This document shows, piece after piece, positions 1 to 12,310 of a stretch of 64,000 nucleotides of DNA (position 1 is the stretch's first letter; each line of letters begins with the position of its first letter). The stretch is taken from contig NC_043006.1 of assembly GCF_006345805.1 (NCBI RefSeq), positions 45,818,001-45,882,000 of the forward strand, written 5' to 3'. A model generated the notes under the pieces. That model was given only the letters and a program-made list of their open reading frames with translations, did not search any database and was not told where the DNA came from. The stretch comes from Octopus sinensis (taxonomy: Eukaryota). Both the position numbers and the translations under genes were made by a program.

Positions 1-849
1 GTGCTGCTCAGTCTTGGAATTGAACCCGCAGTTGTGAGTGTAACACCCTAACCACTAGGCCACAGTTAGAATCCCAATGAAGGACAATCAAACAGTACCA
101 ATGTATGTTATAATACAAACAACAAAACCATAAAACCAAAAAAAAAACAAAAGAACCCCTTAACTGGGTCAACCCTACAGGAATGAAAGACAACTTAGAA
201 CAAGAACACAAGATTGAGAAGATTCACAGAGATTATGTGAACATTGTTCGAAAACAATTGTTTGAAAACAATTCTTCAAAAAACATTCGAATGGAGAAGT
301 GTATGAAGAAAAATTATTCAAAAGGACAATTATACAAGATGTTAATTATTCTAAATTTTTTAATTTTATTTAAACAAAAATGATAAAATTAAAAATCAAG
401 TACACAAATGATATTTATTTCGAATAACTGTTTTTCAAATAATTGTTTTCGAACAATTTTCATGAGTTATTCACAGATAGCAAGCACATCAAACATATAT
501 TTCCATCACACTCGCATGCACACACGTGTCCACAAGCACTAAAAGATTTTTTGTTTTCATCAGTTTATCTAACTTATTCTATTGTTATTTTAAAATTTAC
601 AAAGTATTGATCCCTAACAAAAATAGAAGACCAGGAATTTCCTAGGATTATAATCAGCCCAAGTGTATTACTGATACATGATTTATCAGCACCAAAAAGA
701 TTAAAAAAAAAAAAAAAAGGAATTGACCTTGGTGATATTTGAACTCAGATCCTAGAGATACTTGGCAAAATAGTACAAGGATGCTAACACCACTTTATCA
801 GTTTTGCCAATCAGTTCACCTGTTGGTCTAAAAATTGACAAAATATACT

Positions 850-1043
850 TTTTTACTCTAGGCACGAGGCCCCAGATTTTGGGGGGAGGGGGCCAGTTGA
901 TTAGATCGACCCCAGTATGCAACTGGTACTTAATTTGTCGACCCTGACAGGATGAAAGTCAAAGTTGACCTTGACAGAATTTGAACTCAGAACATAAAGA
1001 CAGACGAAATACCGCTAAGCATTTCTGCCAGCTCACCACCTTA
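850..1043 (-). mobile_element. SINE family B copy
   Basis: Reverse complement of the ggtggcaagctggcagaa...gagttcaaattc...gtgcctagagtagaa element seen at 19969. Confidence 0.75.
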
Positions 1044-2029
1044 AAATTTACAAAATTTACCAAAAGTTGATTGCAAGAAAAAATACAAACTACAGCAACA
1101 AAAACAACAACTTGTATTTACCATTGGGTTCCATCCAGCTTATAATGGAATGATTGGCTGGATGTCTTGGTAGAAATGGTAGAATACCATATGTGGATGG
1201 CATAAAAGATGCATGGATAGATATATGAGACAGTCCCATTTCAACAGCATGTCATCATCATCACTGTTTAACATCTGCCTTCTATGCTGGCATGAGTTGG
1301 ATGGTTTGGCAGGAGCTGGTCAGGCAGGAGCCTGCACCAGGCTTCTCTGTCTGTTTTGGCAGGGTTTTTATAACTAGATACTCTTCCTAACACCAACCAC
1401 TAGGCAGAGTGGACAGTGCTTTTAATGGGCACAAGCACAGGCAAGGTTAGTTTTGTTATGGTTTTTTACAGCTGGGTACCCTTCCAAATGTCAACCACTG
1501 GTACCAACACCTGCAGGGCCATCAAATAACTTACAAGACAAAGATCCTTTGAGAGGGGTGGGGGTATTGGAGGAAGTGATCTTGTGTTGGATGATGAAAG
1601 ACTTTAGTGAGACAGAAACAGGCGAAATGTTTAGCGGTATTTCATCTGCCGTTACGTTCTGAGTTCAAATTCCGCCGAGGTCGACTTTGCCTATATTGTT
1701 TCAGTCATCTGACTGGCCTTGCTGGAGCACTGCCTCAAAGAGTTTTACTCAAAAAAATTGACTTCAGAATTTATTTTTTCAAGCCTACTACTTATTCTAT
1801 CAGTGTCTTTTGCTAAACCACTAAGTTCTGGGAATGTAAACACACCAGCACTGGTGAATTAGGTTTACCCAAGGCTATAGTAGAAGACACCTCCATGAGA
1901 TGCCATGCAGTGGTACTGAACCCGAAACCATGTAGTTGGGAAGCAAGCTTCTTTCCATACAGCCATGCCTGCACCTAAATATATACATACACACACACAC
2001 ACACACACATATATGCATGTAAGTATGTA

Positions 2030-2060
<31 letters not shown>

Positions 2061-2061
<1 letters not shown>

Positions 2062-2125
2062 GGGTGAAATTAATTAATTTGGAATAATTAATTGATAATT
2101 ATTCCAAATTAATTAATTTCACCCT
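2061..2125. repeat. Perfect 30-bp hairpin with a 5-nt loop between (TA)n tracts
   Basis: agggtgaaattaattaatttggaataatta-attga-taattattccaaattaattaatttcaccct. Confidence 0.9.
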
Positions 2126-2138
2126 TCATTATTACGGA

Positions 2139-2183
<45 letters not shown>

Positions 2184-2326
2184 CATATATATATATATCT
2201 TAGTAAATTTACAAGGCTTTGATATATAACCTTCAATTTGTACCTTTTTAAATTTCTGGTCTTGATCTTCCTGCCTGCTGCAATATATCTGATTGAGCAG
2301 CTTTGTCTTGTCTTTATTTATTTATT

Positions 2327-2363
<37 letters not shown>

Positions 2364-2679
2364 AGTCCTGGCTCCCAGGCTGACCTTATTTGTAGGAATA
2401 ATATCATTTCACCGCCCACCCCTATCTCACATCCACAGCCAGGAGCCTTTCTTCTGTGTTCCATCATGTCACTCTTCAAAGATTTAACGAAAAAAAAAAT
2501 ATTAAAAAAAATATAAGCCCCCATTGAAAGGCTTAGCCAATGCTACCACCACCACCACCACCTCCTCCAGTGCTTCTATTGCTTGTTTTATCATATTGTA
2601 TATGAGACACCAGATGCCATCTGCTTTGGCAGTGGGCTGGTGGTGTTTTGTTGTGTCTGTTAAATCTTTGAAATAAAAT

Positions 2680-2988
2680 AATAATAATAATAATAATAAT
2701 CCTTTTGGCAATAGGCACAAGGCCTGAAATTTGGGGGAGGGGGACTAGTCGATTACATTGACTGAGGTGTTTCACTGGTACTTTATCAACACCAAAAGGA
2801 GGAAAGGCAAAGTCGACCTTGGTGGAATTTGAACTCAGCTGTGTGGTAAGTAGCTTGCTTACCAACCACATGGTTCCGGGTTCATTCCCACTGTGTGGCA
2901 CTTTGGGCAAGTGTCTTCTACTATAGCCTTGGGCTGACGAAAGCCTTGTGAGTGGATTTGGTAGATGGAAACTGAAAGTAGCCCATCG

Positions 2989-3051
<63 letters not shown>

Positions 3052-3363
3052 GTGTGTGTGTATGTATGTATATGTTTGTGTGTCTGTGTTTGTCCCCCCC
3101 CCCCCAACATCGCTTGACAACCGATGCTGGTGTGTTTACATCCCTGTAACTTAGCAGTTCGGCAAGAGAGACTGATAGAATAAGTACTAGGCTTACAAAG
3201 AATAAGTCCCGGGGTCGATTTGCTCGACTAAAGGCGGTGCTCCAGCATGGCCGCAGTCAAATGACAAACAAATAAAAGAAAAAAAATCAGAACATAGCAA
3301 TAAGGTGAAATTCCGCAAAGCATTTCACCCAGCGTGCTAACAATTCTGTCAGCTCACCACCTT
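2680..3363 (-). mobile_element. SINE family B copy split by a nested family A SINE
   Basis: 3' part 2680-2838 with (AAT)n tail, 5' part 3288-3363; tcag appears on both sides of the nested copy. Confidence 0.7.
2838..3287 (+). mobile_element. tRNA-derived SINE family A (internal TA/TG microsatellite)
   Basis: A-box remnant gctgtgtgg, B-box-like ggttcattccc, CORE-like ggcactttgggcaagtgtctt and 3' cagtcaaatgac end; more than 15 copies in the window. Confidence 0.85.
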
Positions 3364-3627
3364 AATAATAATAATGATGACGATGAGGACGACAAATAGC
3401 CTATATCATGTTTAATCTTTTACTAGTTTCGGTGCTTGGACTTTAGCCATACTGGAGCACTGCTGTCCTGATACTGTTTGGTTGAACAAACCGATGCCAA
3501 TGCTAGTACTAATTTTTTTTTTTGGCGGGGGGTGTTTAAAAGCCTGGTTCTTATTATATTGGACCCCTCTGCTGAACTGGTAAGTTTTGGAGATGTAAAC
3601 AATCCAATACCAGTAGTCAAGTAATGA

Positions 3628-3717
<90 letters not shown>

Positions 3718-3880
3718 TGTGCTTCTTTCAATTTTTGTGTGCAAAATCCACACAGAAGGCTTTGGGTCCACAGGGCTTTAGTACAAAGTGCCATTCAGTG
3801 GGACTGAACCCAAAGCTATATAACTAGGAAGCAAGCTTCTCAACCGAAGAGCCACACCTGCACCCCTCTGCCCTATATAT

Positions 3881-3911
<31 letters not shown>

Positions 3912-3912
<1 letters not shown>

Positions 3913-4643
3913 AAATAAATATAAGAGAGTGGTCACTATATGGCTCACTCTAGCACCAGTTAATCCAATAGGTTTCAACCACAAAAATACATGTTTCCCA
4001 TGAAAGTCAGTACGATTGTTAGCTCACACGGACAGGGCAAATAAAAAATAACAAAAATACAGATTATTTTGGGACAATTGTTTCGCTATTAATGAATTAA
4101 ATGTAATTTACTTACAAAAAAATCCACTTGTAGCTCCTCAGCCAAAACTATCTGGATGAAATCCACTCAATCACACGCCAGATTTTATCATAACGATAAA
4201 TACGCGTGTGGTTCAATTGATTACATCCGACGTTATAATTCAAATGCCCCAACTAACAGCGCGCCAAATTTTCACGGAAAACAAATACAGCATTTAGAAA
4301 TAAATGCAGCATAATTATAATTAATTAATAAGGGTGAGAGAATTAGATACTAATTTAATAGTATATCCATTCTACACCAAGTGGCCTAGTGCTCCGAGAA
4401 ACCTGGATTATTATAATATTTTATAATATATTATAATATTTTTACAAAATAAATATAAGAGAGTGGTCACTATATGGCTCACTCTAGCACCAGTTAATCC
4501 AATAGGTTTCAACCACAAAAATACATGTTTCCCATGAAAGTCAGTACGATTGTTAGCTCACACGGACAGGGCAAATAAAAAATAACAAAAATACAGATTA
4601 TTTTGGGACAATTGTTTCGCTATTAATGAATTAAATGTAATTT
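3912..4643 (-). mobile_element. Hammerhead-bearing non-autonomous Penelope-like/retrozyme element, 534-bp period, about 1.4 units
   Basis: 198-bp direct repeat 3912-4109 = 4446-4643; contains the ribozyme; no long ORF; abuts a (TA)n tract at its 3' end. Confidence 0.7.
4067..4147 (-). ncRNA. Type I hammerhead ribozyme, intact core
   Basis: Minus strand reads UUUUGG-CUGAGGA-GCUA-(42 nt)-UAGC-GAAA-CAAUUG-UC-CCAAAA: 6-bp stem I, CUGANGA, 4-bp stem II, GAAA, palindromic stem III and a GUC cleavage triplet. Confidence 0.85.
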
Positions 4644-4646
4644 TAC

Positions 4647-5212
4647 TCTTTCTGTGAATATATCATCATCATCATCATCGTTTAGTGTCCGCTTTCCATG
4701 CTAGCATGGGTTGGACGGTTCAACTGGGGTCTGGGAGGCCAGAAGGCTGTGCCAGGCCCAGTCTGATCTGACAATGTTTCTACAGCTGGATGCCCTTCCT
4801 AATGCCAATCACTCCGTGAGTGTAGTGGGTGCTTTTTACGTGCCACCGACACAGGTGCCAGATGAGGCTGGCAAACGGCCACGATCAGATGGTGCTTTTT
4901 ACATGCCACCGATCATGGCCGTTGCCAGCCTTGCCTGGCCTCTGTGCCGGTGGCATGTAAAAAGCACCATCCGATCGTGGCCGTTTGCCAGCCTCATCTG
5001 GCACCTGTGTCGGTGGCACGTAAAAAGCACCCACTACACTCACGGAGTGATTGGCATTAGGAAGGGCATCCAGCTGTAGAAACATTGTCAGATCAGACTG
5101 GGCCTGGCACAGCCTTCTGGCCTCCCAGACCCCAGTTGAACCGTCCAACCCATGCTAGCATGGAAAGCGGACACTAAACGATGATGATGATGATGATATA
5201 TTCACAGAAAGA
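4647..5212. repeat. Near-perfect inverted repeat: 265-bp arms (4647-4911, 4948-5212), 36-nt spacer
   Basis: The arms are reverse complements with one visible mismatch; the ORF track shows the same peptide on both strands (4711+ and 5148-). Confidence 0.95.
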
Positions 5213-5433
5213 AAGAGAGGGAGAGAGGCGAATGGCTGAATGCAGAGAAAGCTAGCCTTGCCCAATCTAATCTGCCTTTCTGGCTACCTTGGTTGTTGGC
5301 TACCTCAGTTATTTCCATAATCTTTGAACATTTGGAAGATCTGAGATGGCGAATTAAGCTTGGTTCATTTAAAAATATTATAGTCCGAAATAACAAACGG
5401 CAATGAAGCAAGCAACCATACTGTTGCTATAGC

Positions 5434-5434
<1 letters not shown>

Positions 5435-5465
<31 letters not shown>

Positions 5466-5467
5466 GC

Positions 5468-5498
<31 letters not shown>

Positions 5499-5527
5499 GC
5501 TTCATCATCACCATCATCATCATCAGC

Positions 5528-5558
<31 letters not shown>

Positions 5559-5578
5559 GCTTCATCATCATCATCAGC

Positions 5579-5609
<31 letters not shown>

Positions 5610-5628
5610 GCTTCATCATCATCATCAT
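5435..5628. repeat. (CAT)n microsatellite with periodic CAG-CTT interruptions
   Basis: Runs of cat separated six times by cagctt. Confidence 0.9.
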
Positions 5629-6744
5629 CTTCCTACATTACCATACCTTACTCTCTGCCTCCTCCCACTGCCTTTGGTATGTCATTGAATGAGCTTTTTT
5701 GGGGTTTTTTTTTTCTTTCTTGTATCTCTTTTACCTGGTTGTTGTTTAGTTTGTTATTAAAGTTATATCCTACACCTTCAGTTCTTTTTTTTCTCTTCTT
5801 TAAGCTCTTTGTCCTTCTTTTCTCCAATCTCAGCTCTTCATCTTCTCCTCCTCCCTCTCTCTCTCTCTCTCTCTCTTCAACAAGTGTGTACATGTAGGTA
5901 GTTGGGTGTTAGCATAAGTAATATTTTGAACAACAACATACTGCACCGCGCGCGTGTGTGTGTGTGTGTGTGGTGCATGTGTTTGTTTGCTGGTGTGGAA
6001 GGTTTTAATTAGTCAAATTATTAAATCATAACAACTCCGCCTTCTTCCTTCTGTCCTTGCCTCATACCTCACCTCCCTTCTTCATCTCTTTCTTCTTCTT
6101 TTTCACTTACCCCATTCCCTGACACCGACACCAACACCACCGCCGCCGCCGCCGTCCAGAGACAGTTTAAAAGGATAAGAGTTACACAGTACAGCGCTAG
6201 AGAGAGATGTTCCTAGACAACAAACAGATTTCTTGTATTGTCAAGCAGCAACACCAATCGGCTGAAACCAAGGGAAGCTGAGAATATGGTTATGCAGCTG
6301 TCACTATATTTTTAGCTCATTAAATAATGTATACAGCAAATTGATAGAGATAAATATAGGCAGATAGATAAAGAGGGAGAGAGAGAGAGGGGGGAGGGGT
6401 TTGGAATGGAAAAACAGAAAGTTCTCTCTCTATTGTATTTTTTTCTTTTATCTCTTATGAGCTTCGCTTCAGTCATTGGAATGTGGCCATTCTGGGGCAC
6501 ACTGCCATGAAGGGTTTAGTCGAACAAATTGACCCTAGTATTTGGGGAGTTTTTTTTTTTAATTTTTAATTTTTTTTTTTGTTTTATACCTTCTTCTGAA
6601 GTCTGGTACTTTTTCTGTCAGTCTCTTTTTTTTCAGAATTGCTAAGTTACGGGATGTATACAAACCAACACTGGTCGTCAAGCAGTGTGGAGAGAGGAAG
6701 AAAAACACAAAAGCACAGATACACACATACGAACTCATTAATAT

Positions 6745-6794
<50 letters not shown>

Positions 6795-6901
6795 ATATAT
6801 ATATGTATATATCTATATCTATCAATCTATTGGTTGATCTATTATTGATCAATTGATCAATCAATCAATCAATTTACATATATATAATGTATGTTTGCGT
6901 G

Positions 6902-6933
<32 letters not shown>

Positions 6934-8170
6934 GTGTATATATGTGTGTGCATGAATATATGTGTGCGTATATGTGTATGTGCATGTATATATGTATGTG
7001 TGTATGTGTGCATGTATATGCATGTGTTTGTGTGTGTGTATGTGTGCATGTATATGCATGTGTTTGTGCATGTATATGTGTGTGTGTGTATATACATATA
7101 TGTGTGTGTGTATAGATATTCATGTATGTATAATAGTATCAGCACAAAGCAGTGATTAGGAATAAAGAAATTTTAGGTTTGCTAAAATGTGTTTGTGACA
7201 CGTTTAAACCTCTAAAGGTAAACACACAGCAGTTACCAAGGAGAAAAAATTTCTCTGTTATGGTAAAAGGTGTAAAAACACCATTGTCAGCCCAGTGTTC
7301 CACCCTTCTGCTCAAGGTAAACACTGGGCAAACATGGGTGGGTTTTTTTGGGGTTTTTTTCTCCATGGTAACTGCAGTGAAATTGCCTTGAGAAGTTAAA
7401 ATATGGCACAAACATATTTTAGCTGACTCAGAGTTCACACAGATGCACGTGCACATGGCATGGGCCTACACATAGTTTCTGCCTACCAAATTCACTCACA
7501 AGACCTCGGTCAGCCTGGGGCTGTAGTAGAAGACACTTGCACAAGGTGGTGTACAGTGAGACTGGACCTGAGACCACATGGTTGGAAAGTGAAGTTCTTA
7601 GCCACGCAGCCATACCTGCACCTGTAATCTTATCTTGTCACAGCCTGACAACTGGATACAAAAACAAGCCAATGAAGGAATGTCTATATAGTTACTCATG
7701 CTGCTAAAAATAGTACCCATGGAGTGACTTCAGTACCCAAGCCACACCCTACAGTCTTTACAAAGAAGGTCTTACAGGATTATATAATTCTATGTTACCC
7801 TATGATTGAATAAAAAATTTGTCATCGATAACAGAGACAAGTAGAATGAGTGAGTGTGTTTTATCCATAAGAGAGATTGCTTCCTGTAGAACTGCTAAAC
7901 GGTCACTAACCATTCTTATGTTGTCTCCTAGACACTTGTGCACACATGTAGGCCACAATGCAATGCAACACAACACTCATGGTTATGGAGTTGGTAAAGA
8001 TTATTATTCAAGGAAGTACTCAATATATTCTTTTATTTGTTTCAGTCATTTGACTGCGGCCATGCTGGAGCACCGCCTTTAGTCGAGCAAATTGACCCCC
8101 CAGGACTTATTCTTTGTAAGCCTAGTACTTATTCTATTGGTCTCTCTTGCTGAACTGCTAAGTTACGGGG

Positions 8171-8438
8171 ACAAACACAGACACAAACATATACATATAT
8201 ATACGACGGGCTTCTTTCAGTTTCCGTCTACCAAATCCACTCACAAGGCTTTGGTCGATCCGAGGCTATAGTAGTCAAGGGATTATATTGGCGCAAGTAT
8301 GGCAGTGTGGTAAGAAAGTTGTGTCCTAACAACATGGTTCCAGGTTCAGTCCCACTGTGTGGCACTTTGGGCAAGTGTCTTCTATTACCAAAGCCTTGTG
8401 AATGGATTTGGTAGATGGAAACTGAAAGAAGCTCATCA

Positions 8439-8473
<35 letters not shown>

Positions 8474-8814
8474 CCGCTTGACAACCAGTGCTGGTGTGTT
8501 TACAAATTGAAATTGCAGGACTAATAAATGAGATACAGTGTAATGCATCAAGCTGGAGCATAAAATTTGCAGCATTACATTATAAATGTACCACCATAAA
8601 TTCCAGTCTTCAGTTTAATGTGTGTGTGTGTGTGTGTGTGTGTTGTGTGTGTGTGTGAGAGAGAGAGAGACCGCTTGACAACCAGTGCTGGTGTGTTTAC
8701 AAATTGAAATTGCAGGACTAATAAATGAGATACAGTGTAATGCATCAAGCTGGAGCATAAAATTTGCAGCATTACATTATAAATGTACCACCATAAATTC
8801 CAGTCTTCAGTTTA

Positions 8815-8850
<36 letters not shown>

Positions 8851-9352
8851 ACGTGTCTTCATTTGCACTTGTTAGACTTTAGTATCAGTACTTAGAATTG
8901 CCAATGTTTATTTATTTATTATTTTCTTGAATATAATTTTAACCTTTTGATTGTGGAAAGCAGATATATCACCCTTTACCCTTTTTACCCTTTTACTTGT
9001 TTCAGTCATTTGGCTGTGGCCATGCTGGAGCACTGTGTTACGTGGACGTAAACACACAACCATCGGTTGTCAAGCGATGTTAGGGGGACAAACACAGACA
9101 CAAACATATACATATATATACGACGGCTTCTTTCAGTTTCCGTCTACCAAATCCACTCACAAGGCTTTGGTCGATCCGAGGCTATAGTAGTCAAGGGATT
9201 ATATTGGCGCAAGTATGGCAGTGTGGTAAGAAAGTTGTGTCCTAACAACATGGTTCCAGGTTCAGTCCCACTGTGTGGCACTTTGGGCAAGTGTCTTCTA
9301 TTACCAAAGCCTTGTGAATGGATTTGGTAGATGGAAACTGAAAGAAGCTCAT

Positions 9353-9401
<49 letters not shown>

Positions 9402-9545
9402 CCGCTTGACAACCAGTGCTGGTGTGTTTACAAATTGAAATTGCAGGACTAATAAATGAGATACAGTGTAATGCATCAAGCTGGAGCATAAAATTTGCAG
9501 CATTACATTATAAATGTACCACCATAAATTCCAGTCTTCAGTTTA

Positions 9546-9577
<32 letters not shown>

Positions 9578-9830
9578 ACGTGTCTTCATTTGCACTTGTT
9601 AGACTTTAGTATCAGTACTTAGAATTGCCAATGTTTATTTATTTATTATTTTCTTGAATATAATTTTAACCTTTTGATTGTGGAAAGCAGATATATCACC
9701 CTTTACCCTTTTTACCCTTTTACTTGTTTCAGTCATTTGGCTGTGGCCATGCTGGAGCACTGTGTTACGTGGACGTAAACACACAACCATCGGTTGTCAA
9801 GCGATGTTAGGGGGACAAACACAGACACAC
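8171..9830. repeat. Complex near-identical tandem duplication (A-B-B-C-A-B-C) of SINE-containing DNA
   Basis: Identical ORF-track peptides at 8228/8575/9144, 8685/9416 and 8951/9678; junctions lie in (TG)n or (CA/TA)n tracts. Confidence 0.85.
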
Positions 9831-10141
9831 AAACATATACACGCACGTACATATATATATATACGACGGGCTTCTTTCAGTTTCCGTCTACCAAATCCAC
9901 TCACAAGGCTTTGGTCGGCCCGAGGCTATAGTAGACACTTGCCCAAGGTGCCACGCAGTATGACTGAACCCGGAACCATGTGGTGGAAAGCAGTTTTACC
10001 CAACAGTTTTCAAAATAAAATCTCTCTTTAGCTGCGAGAAACAAAGACAACCCCAGTGACAGTTTTCACAAAGAACAATTTTTCAGATTTTTTTTGTTTT
10101 AATTGTTTCATCAATTATTTTTTTTTACGGAGCAAAGGTAA

Positions 10142-10744
10142 CCGTAAAAACCCATGTACTTTGCGCATTCTTTTTTTGCAAAATTAAAAATAAACTTTAG
10201 GGGTGCATAAATTACATGAGTAGATCGTTTCCAGAATTTTTTTAGAAATTTTTTTGTTGAAAAGAGACGTAAAAATGTAAACATTTGTACCGGAAGTTGA
10301 CTCATTTAATGTCAGAATAGGTTTTTACAGAAAAATTAAGGACTTAAATATAATGAAGTTGACTTTTAATTATATTGGATGGTATAATGCTTACTTTTTT
10401 TTTTTTCTGAAACCATTAAATGGTTAACTACTTTATGCTGGTAATCATGGTCCAGGCCATATTATTATAAACAACACAAACACTTTGTAATTTAATAGCT
10501 TTTACTATGATACCTGTTAAACAGAAATTATTTTTATTTAATGAAAATTTAATAAAATCTAATCATAACTAAATGAAATTATGCTAAATTCAACGATACT
10601 GGAAACCTTTTCCCTGGTCACATCGGCAATTCTGGAAACTTTTGGCTGGGTATTTCACATGAGTAGGCTTTTTTTTAACAAATTTTAACCTGAAAATCAC
10701 CTGTGTAAATTACACAGGTGCGCAAGTTACATGGATTTTTACAG
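10142..10744. mobile_element. MITE with about 26-bp TIRs (Tc1/mariner-pogo type)
   Basis: ccgtaaaaacccatgtactttgcgca ... tgcgcaagttacatggatttttacag, with TA at the right flank. Confidence 0.65.
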
Positions 10745-10900
10745 TAATTAAATACTTTTAGTTGTGGTCATAAGAACCATACCTACAGGAGATGGTGAAA
10801 AAAATATTGCAAGATCAGAAAATATCAATTTTTATGTTTTTGGTGGATAATTAACATCATTATGGAAATGACCATGAGATTTAATTATGCAGGTAAAGGG

Positions 10901-11563
10901 TTAGGGTTAATATTAGATCTGTGGTTATTTTTTTCCCAGTTAGGGTTAATATTAGATCTGTGGTTATTTTTTTCCCAGTTAGGGTTAATATTAGATCTGT
11001 GGTTATTTTTTTTCCCAGTTAGGGTTAATATTAGATCTGTGGTTATTTTTTTCCCAGTTAGGGTTAATCTTAGATCTGTGGTATTTTTTTTCCCAGTTAG
11101 GGTTAATATTAGATCTGTGGTTATTTTTTTCCCAGTTAGGGTTAATCTTAGATCTGTGGTTATTTTTTTCCCAGTTAGGGTTAATCTTAGATCTGTGGTT
11201 ATTTTTTTCCCAGTTAGGGTTAATCTTAGATCTGTGGTATTTTTTTTCCCAGTTAGGGTTAATATTAGATCTGTGGTTATTTTTTTCCCCAGTTAGGGTT
11301 AATATTAGATCTGTGGTTATTTTTTTTCCCAGTTAGGGTTAATCTTAGATCTGTGGTTATTTTTTCCCAGTTAGGGTTAATATTAGATCTGTGGTTATTT
11401 TTTTCCCAGTTAGGGTTAATCTTAGATCTGTGGTTATTTTTTTCCCAGTTAGGGTTAATCTTAGATCTGTGGTTATTTTTTTCCCAGTTAGGGTTAATCT
11501 TAGATCTGTGGTTATTTTTTTTCCCAGTTAGGGTTAATATTAGATCTGTGGTTATTTTTTTCC
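10901..11563. repeat. 39-bp minisatellite, 17 units, each containing TTAGGG
   Basis: Unit ttagggttaat(a/c)ttagatctgtggtta(t)nccca g; variation is limited to one SNP, one 1-bp deletion and T-run length. Confidence 0.95.
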
Positions 11564-12310
11564 TAAAGTGCAATTTTTGATCTTCATGCTATTACTAAAT
11601 GTAAGGTATTCACATGAAAAGACATTCATCTGTTATTTTCTCCCCAAGTGTATCACCCATAGCGACAAAACTATTCTCTGTTCTTTCATCATTGCTGAAA
11701 TAAACTAAATCCTGTTACATAAACACCTGCGATGACATCAGACTGATGATTATTGTAGTTTTTACCACACGGCCATGCCATAGACAATCCTTTAACAAGT
11801 ACATTAATTTATACTCATCATGATTATCTTTTCCATTTCCAACACACCCATCAGCTAATCAAACCAGCCAAGGCATAAGCATTATCCATTTGCCAAAAAA
11901 AAAAAAAAAAAAAAACAAACCCCAAAAACAAAACTCTTCTTACATGTTTGACCTGTTGGATAACTTTATACGATTCTCCACTTGCTACTTTTAGAATTCC
12001 GTTTTGTCTCTTCATATCGTTCTGTGTTTTCTTTGAGTTGGCTTTGTATTGATTTCAACAATGGGATGCATTTCCTTATCCATTTCTCATATCCTGTTTT
12101 ACCACATGTTTTAATTCTGATGTGTCTGGGGAGAGTTATTTTCTTTTTGTGCCTTATAATTTAACACACTCACTGGTAAAATTACCACTTGTTTCTTATT
12201 TTTATTTTCCTAAAATTTTCATTGCGTCTTGCAACCTTTTCAATACACAAATTCACATAAAGAATCTTGCAAACCAAATCCAAAAACAAAACATATATTT
12301 TAAGCTCTAC

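Noticed and set aside
4711-5148. Identical peptides on both strands
   Set aside because: A consequence of the inverted repeat of a non-coding element.
5365-5628. Poly-Met ORF and repeated CUGAUGA on the minus strand
   Set aside because: By-products of an interrupted (CAT)n microsatellite; no GAAA or stems to complete a hammerhead.
10862-11580. Repetitive ORFs / CRISPR-like appearance
   Set aside because: A pure tandem repeat with no spacers; the frame shifts with T-run length; no cas genes.
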